A stretch of DNA of 64,000 nucleotides from an uncultured Verrucomicrobiae bacterium (GTDB lineage Bacteria; Verrucomicrobiota; Verrucomicrobiia; Chthoniobacterales; UBA10450): contig CAVWPA010000003.1 in assembly GCA_963756875.1 (NCBI GenBank), positions 1,152,001 through 1,216,000 on the forward strand, given 5' to 3'. How positions within the stretch are numbered: position 1 is the stretch's first letter; every line of letters begins with the position of its first letter. The translations under genes were made by a program, and so were the position numbers. Positions 21,256-31,767 of the stretch are shown here, in pieces. A model generated the notes under the pieces. The model was not told the origin of the DNA and did not search any database. It saw only the letters and a list, made by a program, of their open reading frames with translations.

Positions 21256-22080
21256 TTATCCGCCGACCGCCTGGTAATGTCCGAGCCCGCGTTTCCACAT
21301 CGCGCGCGCGGCCGACCATGTGAGAAACAGCCAGCCGGACTGGATGGCGAGCGCCTGGGCGAGATCCGTTCCGCGCAGTCGCTCGAGGAAAATCGCGACC
21401 GGGCAAAAAAGCTCGTAGTAAAACGGCATCCATTTCATCACCGCCTGCACGGCATTAGGCATAATGTCGATGGGAAACATTTGGCCGCCGAGGAAGTATT
21501 CGAACGAATAAACGATGAACACGATGGTGGAGATTTCCAAAATCCAAAACGCCATCAATGCCAGAGTGTAGGTGATAAAAAATTGAATGAAGGCCGACAT
21601 CAACATCGAGAGCAACGCGTAAAAGTACGTGGCTGCGTGCGCGGGCAGCGCGATGTAATGGTGAAAATAGATAAAAATCAAAGCGATTGGCGGCAGGGTG
21701 ACAAAGGTGTAAACGAGGCGGCTGCTCAGGAAGATGCTGCACCGGTAAGCGAGATAACTCACCGGTTTGGTCAAAAAGGAATTGATCTGGCCTTCGCGGA
21801 TGTCAGACGCGATCTGCCACTCATCTTCGGTCGGCGTGACCAGATTACTAACCAGAATGGTGAGCAAATAGTAATAAATCATCGAGCCATAGTTGTAGCC
21901 GTGCAGACCACCGCCGCGGGCCTTGAAAACCGCGCCCCAGAGGAAAACAGTCCCGGCCAGAGGAATTAATGCGAAAAGCGCGCGCAAAAAATAGTTCCAG
22001 CGATAAACGAACGTGTTCTGAAGCCCGATGTTAAAAACCGAGATGTATTTCGCGATCTTCAACCTGCGATTCACATTCAT
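21256..22080 (-). CDS. ABC-2 family permease (DUF990 type)
   Basis: DIREGQINSFLTKP, LGGQMFPID, ends YQAVGG. Confidence 0.85.
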   Translation of the reverse strand: MNVNRRLKIAKYISVFNIGLQNTFVYRWNYFLRALFALIPLAGTVFLWGAVFKARGGGLHGYNYGSMIYYYLLTILVSNLVTPTEDEWQIASDIREGQINSFLTKPVSYLAYRCSIFLSSRLVYTFVTLPPIALIFIYFHHYIALPAHAATYFYALLSMLMSAFIQFFITYTLALMAFWILEISTIVFIVYSFEYFLGGQMFPIDIMPNAVQAVMKWMPFYYELFCPVAIFLERLRGTDLAQALAIQSGWLFLTWSAARAMWKRGLGHYQAVGG

Positions 22081-22113
22081 GCTCGTCCTTTAATCGTAGA
22101 TCTATGAAGACTT

Positions 22114-22189
22114 TCCGCTAAATAGGCCAAATGACGCTAAACTAATATCGAAGTCTCTCTTCTTAACGTTTTTTCGCGTGTTTGGCGGA
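22114..22189. repeat. Inverted 9-mer-periodic repeat, family C
   Basis: TCCGCTAAATAGGCCAAATGACGCTAAA ... TTTTCGCGTGTTTGGCGGA; related copies at 43836-43923 and 50792-50889. Confidence 0.8.
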
Positions 22190-23122
22190 TTGGTTTCCGT
22201 TTGGCGTCAATTCAACCGCAAGTTTGATCGCCGCGATCATGCTATCGGGCCGCGCGGTGCCTTTGCCCGCGATACCGAAAGCGGTGCCGTGATCGGGGCT
22301 GGTGCGTGGAAACGGCAGCCCGAGCGTCACGTTCACTCCTTCATGAAACGCGTGCAGTTTGAGCGGAATCAAACCCTGGTCGTGATACATGCAAAGAACA
22401 GCGTCGAATTCGCCCTCAACGGCGCGATAAAAAACAGTGTCGGGTGAGTGAGGGCCGGTAAAAATTGCGGATTCCGGCCTCTGACTCGTAGGAGCCGACG
22501 GCTCGGAGAGATCGCGGATTGCGGTTTGTAGTTCGGAAATCGCCGGCGCGATGATCTCGATCTCTTCGCGACCAAGTTTTCCCGATTCGCCGGCGTGCGG
22601 ATTCAGGCCGGCGACGGCGATACGCGGATTCTTGTGCGAGCGGCGCCGGAGAAAATCGGCGAGCAGGAAGCCGACGCGCACGATATCTCCCGGTCTTAAT
22701 GCGTTTGCAACGCTGCCGAGAGGAATATGCGCGGTAACCAGGGCCACCGTGATTTTTCCACCGGTCAAGAGCATTGCGAAATTCGTCACTCCGCAGCGAT
22801 TGGCAAAGAACTCGGTTTGTCCCGGAAACTTGAACCCGGCCTCCGACATGCGTGCCTTGTGGACGGGGCCGGTCACAATCGCATCGAGTTCTCCCCGCCG
22901 TGCAAGTGTGACCGCTTCTTCCAGTGCCGCCCCCGCGGCGCGCGCCGTCTCGGTCGTTGGTTTTCCTGGTGAGCACGCCGGATATTTCCCGATGACGTTG
23001 TATTCGGCTGAGTCGGGCAACCGGCCGGATTTAAGCGCTGCTTCGACAATCTCCGGGCCGACGCCGGCGCAATCGCCGAGCGTGATGCCGATACGAGATT
23101 TCCTGTTCGTGCTCGTGTTCAT
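22163..23122 (-). CDS. pdxA: 4-hydroxythreonine-4-phosphate dehydrogenase
   Basis: GDCAGVGPE, GLNPHAGE, MYHDQGLIP, RTSPDHGTA; downstream of surA. Confidence 0.94.
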   Translation of the reverse strand: MNTSTNRKSRIGITLGDCAGVGPEIVEAALKSGRLPDSAEYNVIGKYPACSPGKPTTETARAAGAALEEAVTLARRGELDAIVTGPVHKARMSEAGFKFPGQTEFFANRCGVTNFAMLLTGGKITVALVTAHIPLGSVANALRPGDIVRVGFLLADFLRRRSHKNPRIAVAGLNPHAGESGKLGREEIEIIAPAISELQTAIRDLSEPSAPTSQRPESAIFTGPHSPDTVFYRAVEGEFDAVLCMYHDQGLIPLKLHAFHEGVNVTLGLPFPRTSPDHGTAFGIAGKGTARPDSMIAAIKLAVELTPNGNQSAKHAKKR

Positions 23123-23194
23123 AATTGCGCTCGCAAGTAAGCTTACTTGATCGAGCACAAGTCGAGCAAACGTCGACTGCAGCAGGACCGCCGG

Positions 23195-24206
23195 TCAGAA
23201 CGTTTTGATGTAAGCCTTGGACCGAAGGCTTGTGAGCCAGCGTTCCTGTAGGTTCTGTGCTTCCTGTTGAAGCAGGATTTTCTCAATTTCCGGCCGGGCT
23301 TGATCCAGCGTTTTGGTGGCGCCACCCCGCTTGGCGTCCACCTTAAGAATGTAGTAGTTGCCGCCGAACTCGACGATCCGGCTGACCTTTCCCACCGGAA
23401 GATTAAACGCCACCTTTTCCAGGGGCGCGGCCAATGTTTTGCGCTCAATCCATCCCCAATCGCCGCCGCGGTCGCGAGTGCTGTCTTCGGAATAAATCTG
23501 GGCCAGGCGATCGAACTCGGCGCCATTTGCCAGCTTGCTAAGGATTTCCTCGGCCATGGCTTTTTGCGCGGCCGCCTGTCCATCGGCGGCATGGCTCGGA
23601 ATCATAATGAGTCGCAGCTTGATTTCCTCATGGCTCGTGAACTGATCGCGATGCGCTTTGTAGTACCTGTTCCACCTTGAGCGGTGAGGCTATGGTGTCT
23701 TTCTTGACATTTTTGCTTCGCATCGCCTGGACGATCATTTTTTCGGTCTCCATTTTCTTGAATTCGCCCAGCGTGAAATTTTGCGCCTGCAGCGTTTTGA
23801 TAAACGTGTTGCGGTCGCCTCCAAAATTTTGCCGAATGATGTCGTGCATCTGTTCTTCGACGAAGTGGTCGGGAACCTCGAAATGTTCCTTTTCGAACGC
23901 TTGAAGAATCAGCTGCCGGTCGATCAGGTCCTGAAGCGCAAGGTTGCGCACCTCTTTTAATTTGGCTTCAAGTTCCGCGCCGCTGTATTGCGAACGAAGC
24001 AATCTTTCGCGCGGCTCGACCAGCGCGCGCACCTCGGAGTAAGTGATGACTTCGGCTTTTCCCGGAGACTTATCGTTGCCGTTCAGCGCCACTACCGCCG
24101 CCACGCCATCGACAATTTCCGGCTCAGCCGCGTAAGCAGCGCAGCAAACCAGCGGGACGTTCAGCGCCACCGCGGCCAGCAGAACCAATAACAATGGACG
24201 CGTCAT
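23195..24206 (-). CDS. surA: SurA-like chaperone/parvulin PPIase, split by a +1 frameshift near 23666
   Basis: N-part IVDGVAAVV...LQDLIDRQL; C-part YSED..GGDWGW. Deleting one C at 23666/7 joins the frames (KVEQYYKAHRDQF...), 336 aa. Confidence 0.85.
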
Positions 24207-24211
24207 TCGAT

Positions 24212-27200
24212 TCAGAACTTTCTCGTTACCTCCAAAACTTCCCTGAGAAGGTGGGGGATTGCACCCGCAACTAAACGGGGGAACTTGCCATCGACAAGTA
24301 TAAAATCACCGCGCCTGGTTAGCATCAGCTTACGATTCCGCACCTCCACACGGGTGATCCCGGCTTTGGCGGCGGAGAGCTTGATTTCGGTGAGAAGGAA
24401 CAAATTGTCAACCGCGGCCGGAAAGATCCCGAAACGATCGCGCCATTCCCGCCGGAGCTGTTCCAACTGATCGGGGGTGGTGATCCCCGAGAGCTCGCGA
24501 TACGCCTTAATGCGCAATGCGGTGTCGCCGATATAGTTGGGAGGAACAAAGGCGGGGATCCGCTCAGTAGGAGGCGCTTTTGCAAGTATCCCCGAAGCCG
24601 TTCTGGGGCCATTCTCCGGTTGCTGGACAAATTCCGCTTGGTTGGTGGCGATGAAATCGAGCCGCACTTCAACATCCAGCCGCGGCTGGAACTTCTGGCC
24701 TTTCAATTGCGCGACCGCCTGTTTGAGCAGCTGGCAATACAAATCGAAACCGATTGCCAGAATATGTCCGCTCTGGGCCGTGCCAAGAATGCTGCCCGCG
24801 CCGCGTATTTCGAGATCACGCATGGCGATGCGAAAACCGGCGCCCAGCGAACTGTACTGTTTGATGGCATTAATCCGTTTGCGTGCGGCGCCGACTGTCA
24901 TCATCTCACGCGGCAAAAGCAGATATGCGTACGCTTTGTGCTCGGCCCGGCCTACGCGGCCGCGTAGCTGATAAAGGTCGGCCAGGCCAAAGCGGTCCGC
25001 CCGGTCGATGATGATGGTGTTTGCATTCGGAATATCGAGGCCGCTCTCGATGATGGTGGTGCAAACCAGGACATCGACTTTCCCGGCAACGAAACGCGCC
25101 ATCACCTCTTCGAGTTCGTCGGATTCCATTTGTCCATGGCCGATGTCGATCTTCGCCTCCGGACAAAGATCGGCGACACGATCGCGCACGCGCTGGATCG
25201 ACTGCACCCGGTTATGCAGAAGGAACACCTGTCCCTGGCGTTCCAGTTCGCGTTTGATGGCGTCGCGAATAATTCGCTCATCGTAACCGCAGACAACCGT
25301 TTCCACCGGCAGCCGATTCAAGGGCGGAGTTTCAATCGTGGACATGTCTTTCGCGCCCACGAGCGAAAGATAAAGCGTGCGGGGGATGGGCGTGGCCGAA
25401 AGCGTCAAAACATCGACCAGCTTGAAGAGCTCCTTGAATTTCTCTTTGTGCAACACACCGAAACGCTGCTCTTCATCGATGACGACCAGGCCGAGGTCCT
25501 TGAAAATGACGTCGCCCGAAATCAACCGATGGGTCCCGATTACAATGTCGACGCCGCCCTGCCGCAGCAGTTCCAGAATTTTGCGTTGCTCGCCGTGGGA
25601 TCGGAACCGGCTAAGCATCTCGATGCGCACGGGATAGTCGAGCATGCGCTGGCGAAAGACTTCGTAGTGTTGCTGGGCCAGGACCGTGGTCGGCGCGAGC
25701 ACGGCCACTTGTTTGCCCTCCATCACCGCTTTGAACGCGGCGCGAATCGCTACTTCGGTCTTTCCGAAACCAACGTCGCCGCAGATCAACCGGTCCATCG
25801 GCCGCCGCCGCTCCATGTCGATCTTAGTCTCGATGATCGCTTTCATCTGGTCGGGTGTCTCCCGGAATGGAAATGAATGCTCGAATTCCACCTGCCATTT
25901 TGTGTCGGCGCCGAAGGCGTAGCCCGGGTTGGTTTCTCGCTCCGCCTGCAACGCCAGCATCTTGCCGGCGTAATCGAAGATCGAAAGGGTCGCGTTTTTC
26001 TTTGCGCGCGCCCACTTCGCATCGGCGAGCGAACTAAGCGCCGGTGATTGTTTGCCGACGCCGACGTAGCGCGAGACGAGATAAGCCTGCTCGAGCGGCA
26101 CATAGAGTTTTGCTTCGTTTGCAAACTCGAGGACCAGGACTTCTTCTTCCGCTTCGCCGTCTGGCGTGGTGGGCGGCGCGCCCGGCGGGCGTGCCCTGCC
26201 AGTTTTGATCAGCCCCAGAAATCGACCGACACCGTGCTCGAGATGTACGATGAAATCGTTTTCATTCAGTTCACTAAAATCGATTTGGGCGCGATGGCGT
26301 TCCGCGCGGTACAAGCGCCGTCGTGCATGCGGCGCAAAGCGGCCAAACAATTCCGCCGCGGAAAGCACGACGAGATTCGCTGCCGGAAAACAAAATCCAC
26401 GCGCGAGCGTGCCGAGAACAAGATCCACATCCTCCAGCGCAGCCGGGCCGATGATCTCGCGAAAGCGTTCGATCTCGCCTTCGGTTTGAAAGTAAGTCAC
26501 AATTTGCGCCTTGCTCGCGCGCCATTCGTTCAGGCGATTGATAAATTGGTTTCTTTTTGCCTCTACGAGCATGAAATCGCCCACGGCAAATTCGCCCACG
26601 CCGCAATCCTGAAACGCTCCGGTGAAATCTTCGGGACCGGTTTCAATCCAGCCTTCACTGATTTGAATTTGCGCCTCGGAATTTTCCTCCGGCTCGATCT
26701 CAATCTGCAGATGCTGCTCGTCGATATAATCGCGCACCGAACCGTCCTGATCTGCGAGCCACGAAGTGCGGCCCCGCGACTGGGAAGAAGCCACGTCCGC
26801 CTGGCCAAGCAAAACGTCAACGCGCCGCAAATCCCGGACAGAGGTTTGCGTATCGATGTCGAACTCGCGCAGCGACTCAATCGTGTCGCCAAAGAACTCC
26901 AGCCGTACCGGCAACGGCGCCTGCCAGGAATAAAAATCGATAATCCCTCCGCGCACCGCAAACTGGCCGCGGGTCGTGACTTGTGCCACCCGCTCATAGC
27001 CGGCTCCGCTCAACTCCCTGACAAGCGTCTCCATGCCGGCTTCGGTTCCCCGCTTGAGCTCAACTGAAGCGGATTGCAGTGTGCCCCGCTTCGGTGCCGG
27101 CTGATCGAGACCGGCGCGCGTCACGACAATAACGCGCGGACCCTGTTTCTGGTCGATTCCGGCGAGGAGCGCAAGGCGTTCGGCCGCGATTTCGGGGTCT

Positions 27201-27529
27201 GGCAGAACGTTCTCGACGGCGGCAAATTCGGCTTCCGGCAAATAGTGCGCGTCCGGAAGCCAGTTATGCAAAGTCTCGTAAAGAGAGTCCTGGGTCCGCG
27301 TGTTTGAGCAAACGACCCAAATCGTTTTGTGGTGCGGTTTGCCTGAATCGGCGACTGAGAGCGCATGCCAGGCGCGTGCGAGGATGGCGACGACAAATGC
27401 CTGTGCCGGCTCTATGACGTGGGAAAACTTTACCGGCCAATGGCTTGCGTCGATCTCCGCGAGCCTGGTTGCGATCGGTTCGGAGCCAGCGGCGAGCGTG
27501 AGGAGCTTCTCATGCGTCGGTTTTTCCAC
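24212..27529 (-). CDS. mfd: Transcription-repair coupling factor
   Basis: GDVGFGKTE, DEEQRFG, SATPIPRT, QLRGRVGR, CarD-like domain and TRCF C-terminus. Confidence 0.97.
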   Translation of the reverse strand: MEKPTHEKLLTLAAGSEPIATRLAEIDASHWPVKFSHVIEPAQAFVVAILARAWHALSVADSGKPHHKTIWVVCSNTRTQDSLYETLHNWLPDAHYLPEAEFAAVENVLPDPEIAAERLALLAGIDQKQGPRVIVVTRAGLDQPAPKRGTLQSASVELKRGTEAGMETLVRELSGAGYERVAQVTTRGQFAVRGGIIDFYSWQAPLPVRLEFFGDTIESLREFDIDTQTSVRDLRRVDVLLGQADVASSQSRGRTSWLADQDGSVRDYIDEQHLQIEIEPEENSEAQIQISEGWIETGPEDFTGAFQDCGVGEFAVGDFMLVEAKRNQFINRLNEWRASKAQIVTYFQTEGEIERFREIIGPAALEDVDLVLGTLARGFCFPAANLVVLSAAELFGRFAPHARRRLYRAERHRAQIDFSELNENDFIVHLEHGVGRFLGLIKTGRARPPGAPPTTPDGEAEEEVLVLEFANEAKLYVPLEQAYLVSRYVGVGKQSPALSSLADAKWARAKKNATLSIFDYAGKMLALQAERETNPGYAFGADTKWQVEFEHSFPFRETPDQMKAIIETKIDMERRRPMDRLICGDVGFGKTEVAIRAAFKAVMEGKQVAVLAPTTVLAQQHYEVFRQRMLDYPVRIEMLSRFRSHGEQRKILELLRQGGVDIVIGTHRLISGDVIFKDLGLVVIDEEQRFGVLHKEKFKELFKLVDVLTLSATPIPRTLYLSLVGAKDMSTIETPPLNRLPVETVVCGYDERIIRDAIKRELERQGQVFLLHNRVQSIQRVRDRVADLCPEAKIDIGHGQMESDELEEVMARFVAGKVDVLVCTTIIESGLDIPNANTIIIDRADRFGLADLYQLRGRVGRAEHKAYAYLLLPREMMTVGAARKRINAIKQYSSLGAGFRIAMRDLEIRGAGSILGTAQSGHILAIGFDLYCQLLKQAVAQLKGQKFQPRLDVEVRLDFIATNQAEFVQQPENGPRTASGILAKAPPTERIPAFVPPNYIGDTALRIKAYRELSGITTPDQLEQLRREWRDRFGIFPAAVDNLFLLTEIKLSAAKAGITRVEVRNRKLMLTRRGDFILVDGKFPRLVAGAIPHLLREVLEVTRKF

Positions 27530-27680
27530 AAAGAACCTTCGCTGAAAGTCGAGGAAGCTTCAAAGATCTGATGCAGTGACTTGAATGCATTGCAAGGCAG
27601 GCGCATCGCTTGCCGGTCTGAGGATTGGGCAGGCGATGCGCCTGTCCCACAATGCAGAAGCGGAAAACCGCGCGCGGCGC

Positions 27681-28289
27681 TTAATTTGTGATCGTGACCG
27701 GCGTGCCAACCGAGACGGACTTGAAGAAATTTTCCGCCATGAACTCCGGCATGCGAATGCAACCGTGCGACGCGGCGTAGCCAGGCAGATAGCCGGCGTG
27801 CATGCCAGTTCCATCTGTAATTCGCATGTAAAACGGCATGGGCGCGCCCTTGAAGTGACTGCCGGGCGGTTTCGGATCCGTTTTAATATCGACATTTGGT
27901 TTCACAACGTTGCCCTTGGCGTCGACGTAATCGCCATACAGGCTCGAAGCGTGATTGAGGTCCTTTTGCAGGATGTGAAAATTCCCGCTGGGCGTATTCC
28001 GGCCTTCACGTCCCGTGGAAAGCTGCGAAACGCCCACTAGCATCCCGCCCTTGTAAAAATAAGCGCGCTGCTGGGTCAGACTGATTTTGACCGAAGGCTT
28101 GCCGCCAATATGATCGCCGTCCCAGTACGAAACCGTGTCCACTGGCGCCCCCGTTGTGGGAGCGTTCCCGTAAATACCGCCGAGATATTGCGTTTCTCCG
28201 GAAAAACGCGCGTCCTCCTCGCAACTGGTGAGAAAACAAACGAAGCCGGCCAGCAAGAATGGGAGCACCCTGTAAAACGAGTAACGCAT
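27681..28289 (-). CDS. L,D-transpeptidase (YkuD), likely lipoprotein
   Basis: MHAG...ASHGCIRM catalytic motif; lipobox-like LTSC. Confidence 0.9.
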   Translation of the reverse strand: MRYSFYRVLPFLLAGFVCFLTSCEEDARFSGETQYLGGIYGNAPTTGAPVDTVSYWDGDHIGGKPSVKISLTQQRAYFYKGGMLVGVSQLSTGREGRNTPSGNFHILQKDLNHASSLYGDYVDAKGNVVKPNVDIKTDPKPPGSHFKGAPMPFYMRITDGTGMHAGYLPGYAASHGCIRMPEFMAENFFKSVSVGTPVTITN

Positions 28290-28439
28290 AAAAATTTTCG
28301 GACGAACCTTCTACTGGCAGCTTATGCAAAGTCAAGCGACGCTGCCAATCTGAAACGCAAAAACTCCAATGCGCACCCATGTACCTGAGACGGCTTGAAT
28401 TGTGCTTTCTTTCAGGCAGACTTTCGCGGCCTTTCCGCT

Positions 28440-28772
28440 ATGCCGACCTACGAGTATCACTGCAGCAAGTGTAACCAAGATTTTGAGGCGTTTCAATCGA
28501 TGCGCGACAAACCATTCCGCGAATGCCCCAAAGACCTTTGCCGCCTGCCGAAGTGGGGCCACGGAAAAGTGAAACGGCTTCTCGGTACCGGCGCGGGCAT
28601 CATTTTTAAGGGATCCGGCTTTTATATCACCGATTATCGCAGCAAAGCCTACAAGGATGCCGCCAAGAAAGAAGCCCCAGCGGCATCGAATTCCGAAAAA
28701 ACTACCCCGGCCAAAGAAGGAAAAGGCGCGGCGGCTGCTTCGCAGTCCAAATCGAAGAAGGAATCTTTGTGA
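28440..28772 (+). CDS. FmdB-family zinc ribbon protein
   Basis: MPTYEYHCSKC ... FKGSGFYITDY, low-complexity tail. Confidence 0.9.
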   Translation: MPTYEYHCSKCNQDFEAFQSMRDKPFRECPKDLCRLPKWGHGKVKRLLGTGAGIIFKGSGFYITDYRSKAYKDAAKKEAPAASNSEKTTPAKEGKGAAAASQSKSKKESL

Positions 28773-29521
28773 CGACCACCATGCTGATATGCCCGGAGTG
28801 CCGGCGCGAAAACGAACCGGAACGCATTTACTGCCGCATTTGCGGAGCGCGCCTGGATCGCTCCGTCCTGGTCTCTGAAAAGCCGGCGGGTGAGCAGCCC
28901 GAGCAGGTTCACCGACGCCTTCGCCGGATGTTCGATCCGCAACAGGGAAGGTTCCGGCGAATCTTCTTTGCGTTCTGCAAGGTAGTTCTGGCCGCGTGCG
29001 CCGCTGCCATGATCCTGGAGATGATTTTGCCGCTCGATATTGGGCCGGCGCCGAAGACGGTGGAGCTTGCCCGGCAAATCAACTTCGACCTGGAGAACGC
29101 AACGCTTTATCATCGGCCGCCGCAGCTTCGTTACACACAGGAAGAGGTAAACGCGTATCTGGGCTATACGCTAAAAGGCAGGCAGCAGGCGCTCGACAAA
29201 TCATTCCTCAAGTTCAATCGTGCCGTTGTTCAGTTCGGCGAAGGCACGTGCACCATCACGGTGGAGCGTTCGCTGTTCGGGTACTCGATCTACCACCGCG
29301 CTTCGTACGGTGTAAACGCCGCCGGGGGAAAGATTACCGTGTCGCACAAGGGAGGATGGATCGGCCGGCTTCCCATCGCCCCTGGCATCACGCCCTTCAC
29401 AGGTATCCTTTTCGCCGATCTGTGGTCCGCGCTCAATCGGGAGCAGCAGCTGGTTGCAAGAATGGGCGGAACTGAGTTTCACGACGGCTACGTCGTTCTA
29501 ATCACGCCCGCAAAGCCATAG
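28769..29521 (+). CDS. Hypothetical membrane protein with N-terminal zinc ribbon
   Basis: CPECRREN...YCRICGA, one TM; overlaps the FmdB stop. Confidence 0.7.
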   Translation: MTTTMLICPECRRENEPERIYCRICGARLDRSVLVSEKPAGEQPEQVHRRLRRMFDPQQGRFRRIFFAFCKVVLAACAAAMILEMILPLDIGPAPKTVELARQINFDLENATLYHRPPQLRYTQEEVNAYLGYTLKGRQQALDKSFLKFNRAVVQFGEGTCTITVERSLFGYSIYHRASYGVNAAGGKITVSHKGGWIGRLPIAPGITPFTGILFADLWSALNREQQLVARMGGTEFHDGYVVLITPAKP

Positions 29522-29683
29522 GGCGGGACAGCCCGTCTTGCTGCGTCCATGCCGGGCAATCGCCTGGAAAGAGATCTCCCGCTGTAGGACGCCCGAAATT
29601 CCGAAAAAGTGAACGACCGGCGGCCCGCCCTGTTTGCCCTCGGACCCGCCGGTCGTCCAACCGAAAGGTCTGATTTATGAGAC

Positions 29684-30262
29684 CTAACGGAGATCCATTT
29701 GTTCAAGAAGTTGTCGGGTAAGCCGGCCATCCACGGGCATGCCATGATCCCGTTCGTAGGCGCGAATGGCCCGGCGGGTGAGAGGTCCCACGATACCGTC
29801 CACGTTGCCGTGGTAATAACCGGCTTGCGCGAGGCGCTCTTGCAATTGGGCGACGATCGACGCGCCGGCGTAACCGTTGTCATTGCCGCCAAAGGCCGGT
29901 TCGCTGTAGTAATAATTATAGTAACCGTAGGGATAGTAGCCGTAAGGGTGGTAATAACCGTACGGATAGTCCCATCCCCAATACGGGTAAAATGGGTAGC
30001 CGTAGTAAGCGTAATAGTTCCCGTGGTAGTGGTGCCGATAGCGCCAATTGTTTCCGCCGCCGTTCCAATGCTGATTAAACCGCGGCTGAAACCCACGTGA
30101 GTGTGATATCGCCGGTCCGCCACGTGCAACCGAGGAGCCTCCGCGGATCGCGCCTTCCCGGGCCACGCCGCCATGGCCGCCATGCGGTGCCGCAAAAGCC
30201 ATCGATGCGCTCACCGCTAACGCCCCGAACCAGCTCAGAAGGATTCTTCGTTTCATATTCAT
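29684..30262 (-). CDS. Secreted Tyr/Gly-rich protein with C-terminal peptidoglycan-binding domain
   Basis: Signal peptide, YPY repeats, LQERLAQAGYYHGNVDGIVGPLTRRAIRAYE. Confidence 0.85.
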   Translation of the reverse strand: MNMKRRILLSWFGALAVSASMAFAAPHGGHGGVAREGAIRGGSSVARGGPAISHSRGFQPRFNQHWNGGGNNWRYRHHYHGNYYAYYGYPFYPYWGWDYPYGYYHPYGYYPYGYYNYYYSEPAFGGNDNGYAGASIVAQLQERLAQAGYYHGNVDGIVGPLTRRAIRAYERDHGMPVDGRLTRQLLEQMDLR

Positions 30263-30390
30263 AACATTAGGTGGAGTGTCTCTGTAAATTACACACTTCA
30301 AACCGCAGAGAGTTGCGTGATTTTAGGACGCTGACTCGACTTCAGGATGGCAATCGATCCTCTTTCTTTTGTATGATCTGCCAACCGTTG

Positions 30391-31680
30391 ATGAAGATTA
30401 GCAAGTACGCGTTTTTCCTGTTGCCGATCTTCTTCGGCCCCGCATCGCTTTCGGCAAGTCCGCCCGAACGCAGCATCAGCCCTTCGCAGCAATTCATCGT
30501 TTACGGAGCGGACGCTCTGTCGCGAGGTGCGATCTCCGATCTTGCCGAACATACGAAGACCAACTTGCTCAGGTTGTTGCGGCTGCCTGACGAATGGAAG
30601 ACGCCCATCGTTATCGATTTACAACGCCCGCGGGCGAACCTGCCGGACACTCCCGCCGCGGCGCTCTATTTCAGCCAGACCGGCTTTGGGCTGAAACTTC
30701 AGCTCGATCTCAAAGTCGGCTCCAATCTCGATCGCGCAGGCGTCGAGCGTAAGTTGTTACGAGCAATTCTGCTGGAAATGATTTACCGGAAAGAACCCGC
30801 GCTTGCGCCCGGAACGGCTTATGTCGAACCGCCAGTCTGGTTGCTTTATGGAGTGCTCGCGAATGCTCCGGGAGAGAACCGTTCGTCCCTGATCGAAGCG
30901 CTGAGCGTCGAGGAGAACATTACGCCGCTAAGAAATTTTCTGGGGCAATCGCGCCCCCTTTCGGACCTGGATTCGCCGGCACGCGAGGTTTATCGTGCTT
31001 ACTCTTTTGCTCTCGTACAGCTGCTGGTCAATCGAGCAAACGGGCATGCCCGGCTTGCGCGCTACATCGATAAACTCTCTCTGGCATCGAACGATCCGCT
31101 CGGAGATTTAAAATCCCTGTTTCCGGAATTGTCCGGTGAGGCGGGACAAATACTTTGGAAGTCGGAGGTGGCCCGGCTGAGCGGGCAGAAAAGCAATGAA
31201 TTGCTCACCTTTGCGGAAACCGAGCGCCGGCTGAACAAGCTAATCGGGACGAAGATTTCCGACGATGGGAAGTCGAACAAGCCGTTGAGGCTCCAGGATT
31301 TCGGACGGCGAAAGATTTCCCAATCGGAGAAGGCGGCCCTCGGTCGCCTTGGCCGGAGATTACTTTTACTGGCTACGCGGTCGAACCCGATCTTGCAGCC
31401 CGTGATTCAGGAATACCGGGAAATTGTCTTTCTGCTCGTGAAGGGGAAAAACAGGAAAATTCCGGCGCGCCTGGCGCGCGTTCAGGAAATTCGGGCAAAG
31501 ATTTCGACGCGCATGGGCCAAATCGACGATTATATGAATTGGTTCGAAGCGACAAAATTGAACACGAGCAGCGGTTTGTTCTCCGCTTACCTTCGAGCGG
31601 CAGAAGAAGACTCTGAAGAACATCCTCGCCGGCAGGATCCGCTTTCGGTTTATCTCGATGCGCTCGAGGAACAATTTTAG
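30391..31680 (+). CDS. Hypothetical exported protein
   Basis: Long ORF with signal-like N-terminus; no recognised family; start uncertain. Confidence 0.7.
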   Translation: MKISKYAFFLLPIFFGPASLSASPPERSISPSQQFIVYGADALSRGAISDLAEHTKTNLLRLLRLPDEWKTPIVIDLQRPRANLPDTPAAALYFSQTGFGLKLQLDLKVGSNLDRAGVERKLLRAILLEMIYRKEPALAPGTAYVEPPVWLLYGVLANAPGENRSSLIEALSVEENITPLRNFLGQSRPLSDLDSPAREVYRAYSFALVQLLVNRANGHARLARYIDKLSLASNDPLGDLKSLFPELSGEAGQILWKSEVARLSGQKSNELLTFAETERRLNKLIGTKISDDGKSNKPLRLQDFGRRKISQSEKAALGRLGRRLLLLATRSNPILQPVIQEYREIVFLLVKGKNRKIPARLARVQEIRAKISTRMGQIDDYMNWFEATKLNTSSGLFSAYLRAAEEDSEEHPRRQDPLSVYLDALEEQF

Positions 31681-31767
31681 CTGGTGCCTGTTACAGAGGG
31701 AACAGTTGCTCCCACGGTGGTTGGTTGGTATCATGCTTAACGCGTCCCGGACACGAGTTTTTTATTA

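Noticed and set aside
23195..24206. surA as a true pseudogene or programmed frameshift
   Set aside because: There is no other decay and no slippery run, and the context is identical to the second frameshift, so an artefact is more likely. Not excluded without reads.
29900..30030. GTA-rich periodic stretch
   Set aside because: It is the antisense of Tyr-rich codons in the PG-binding protein.
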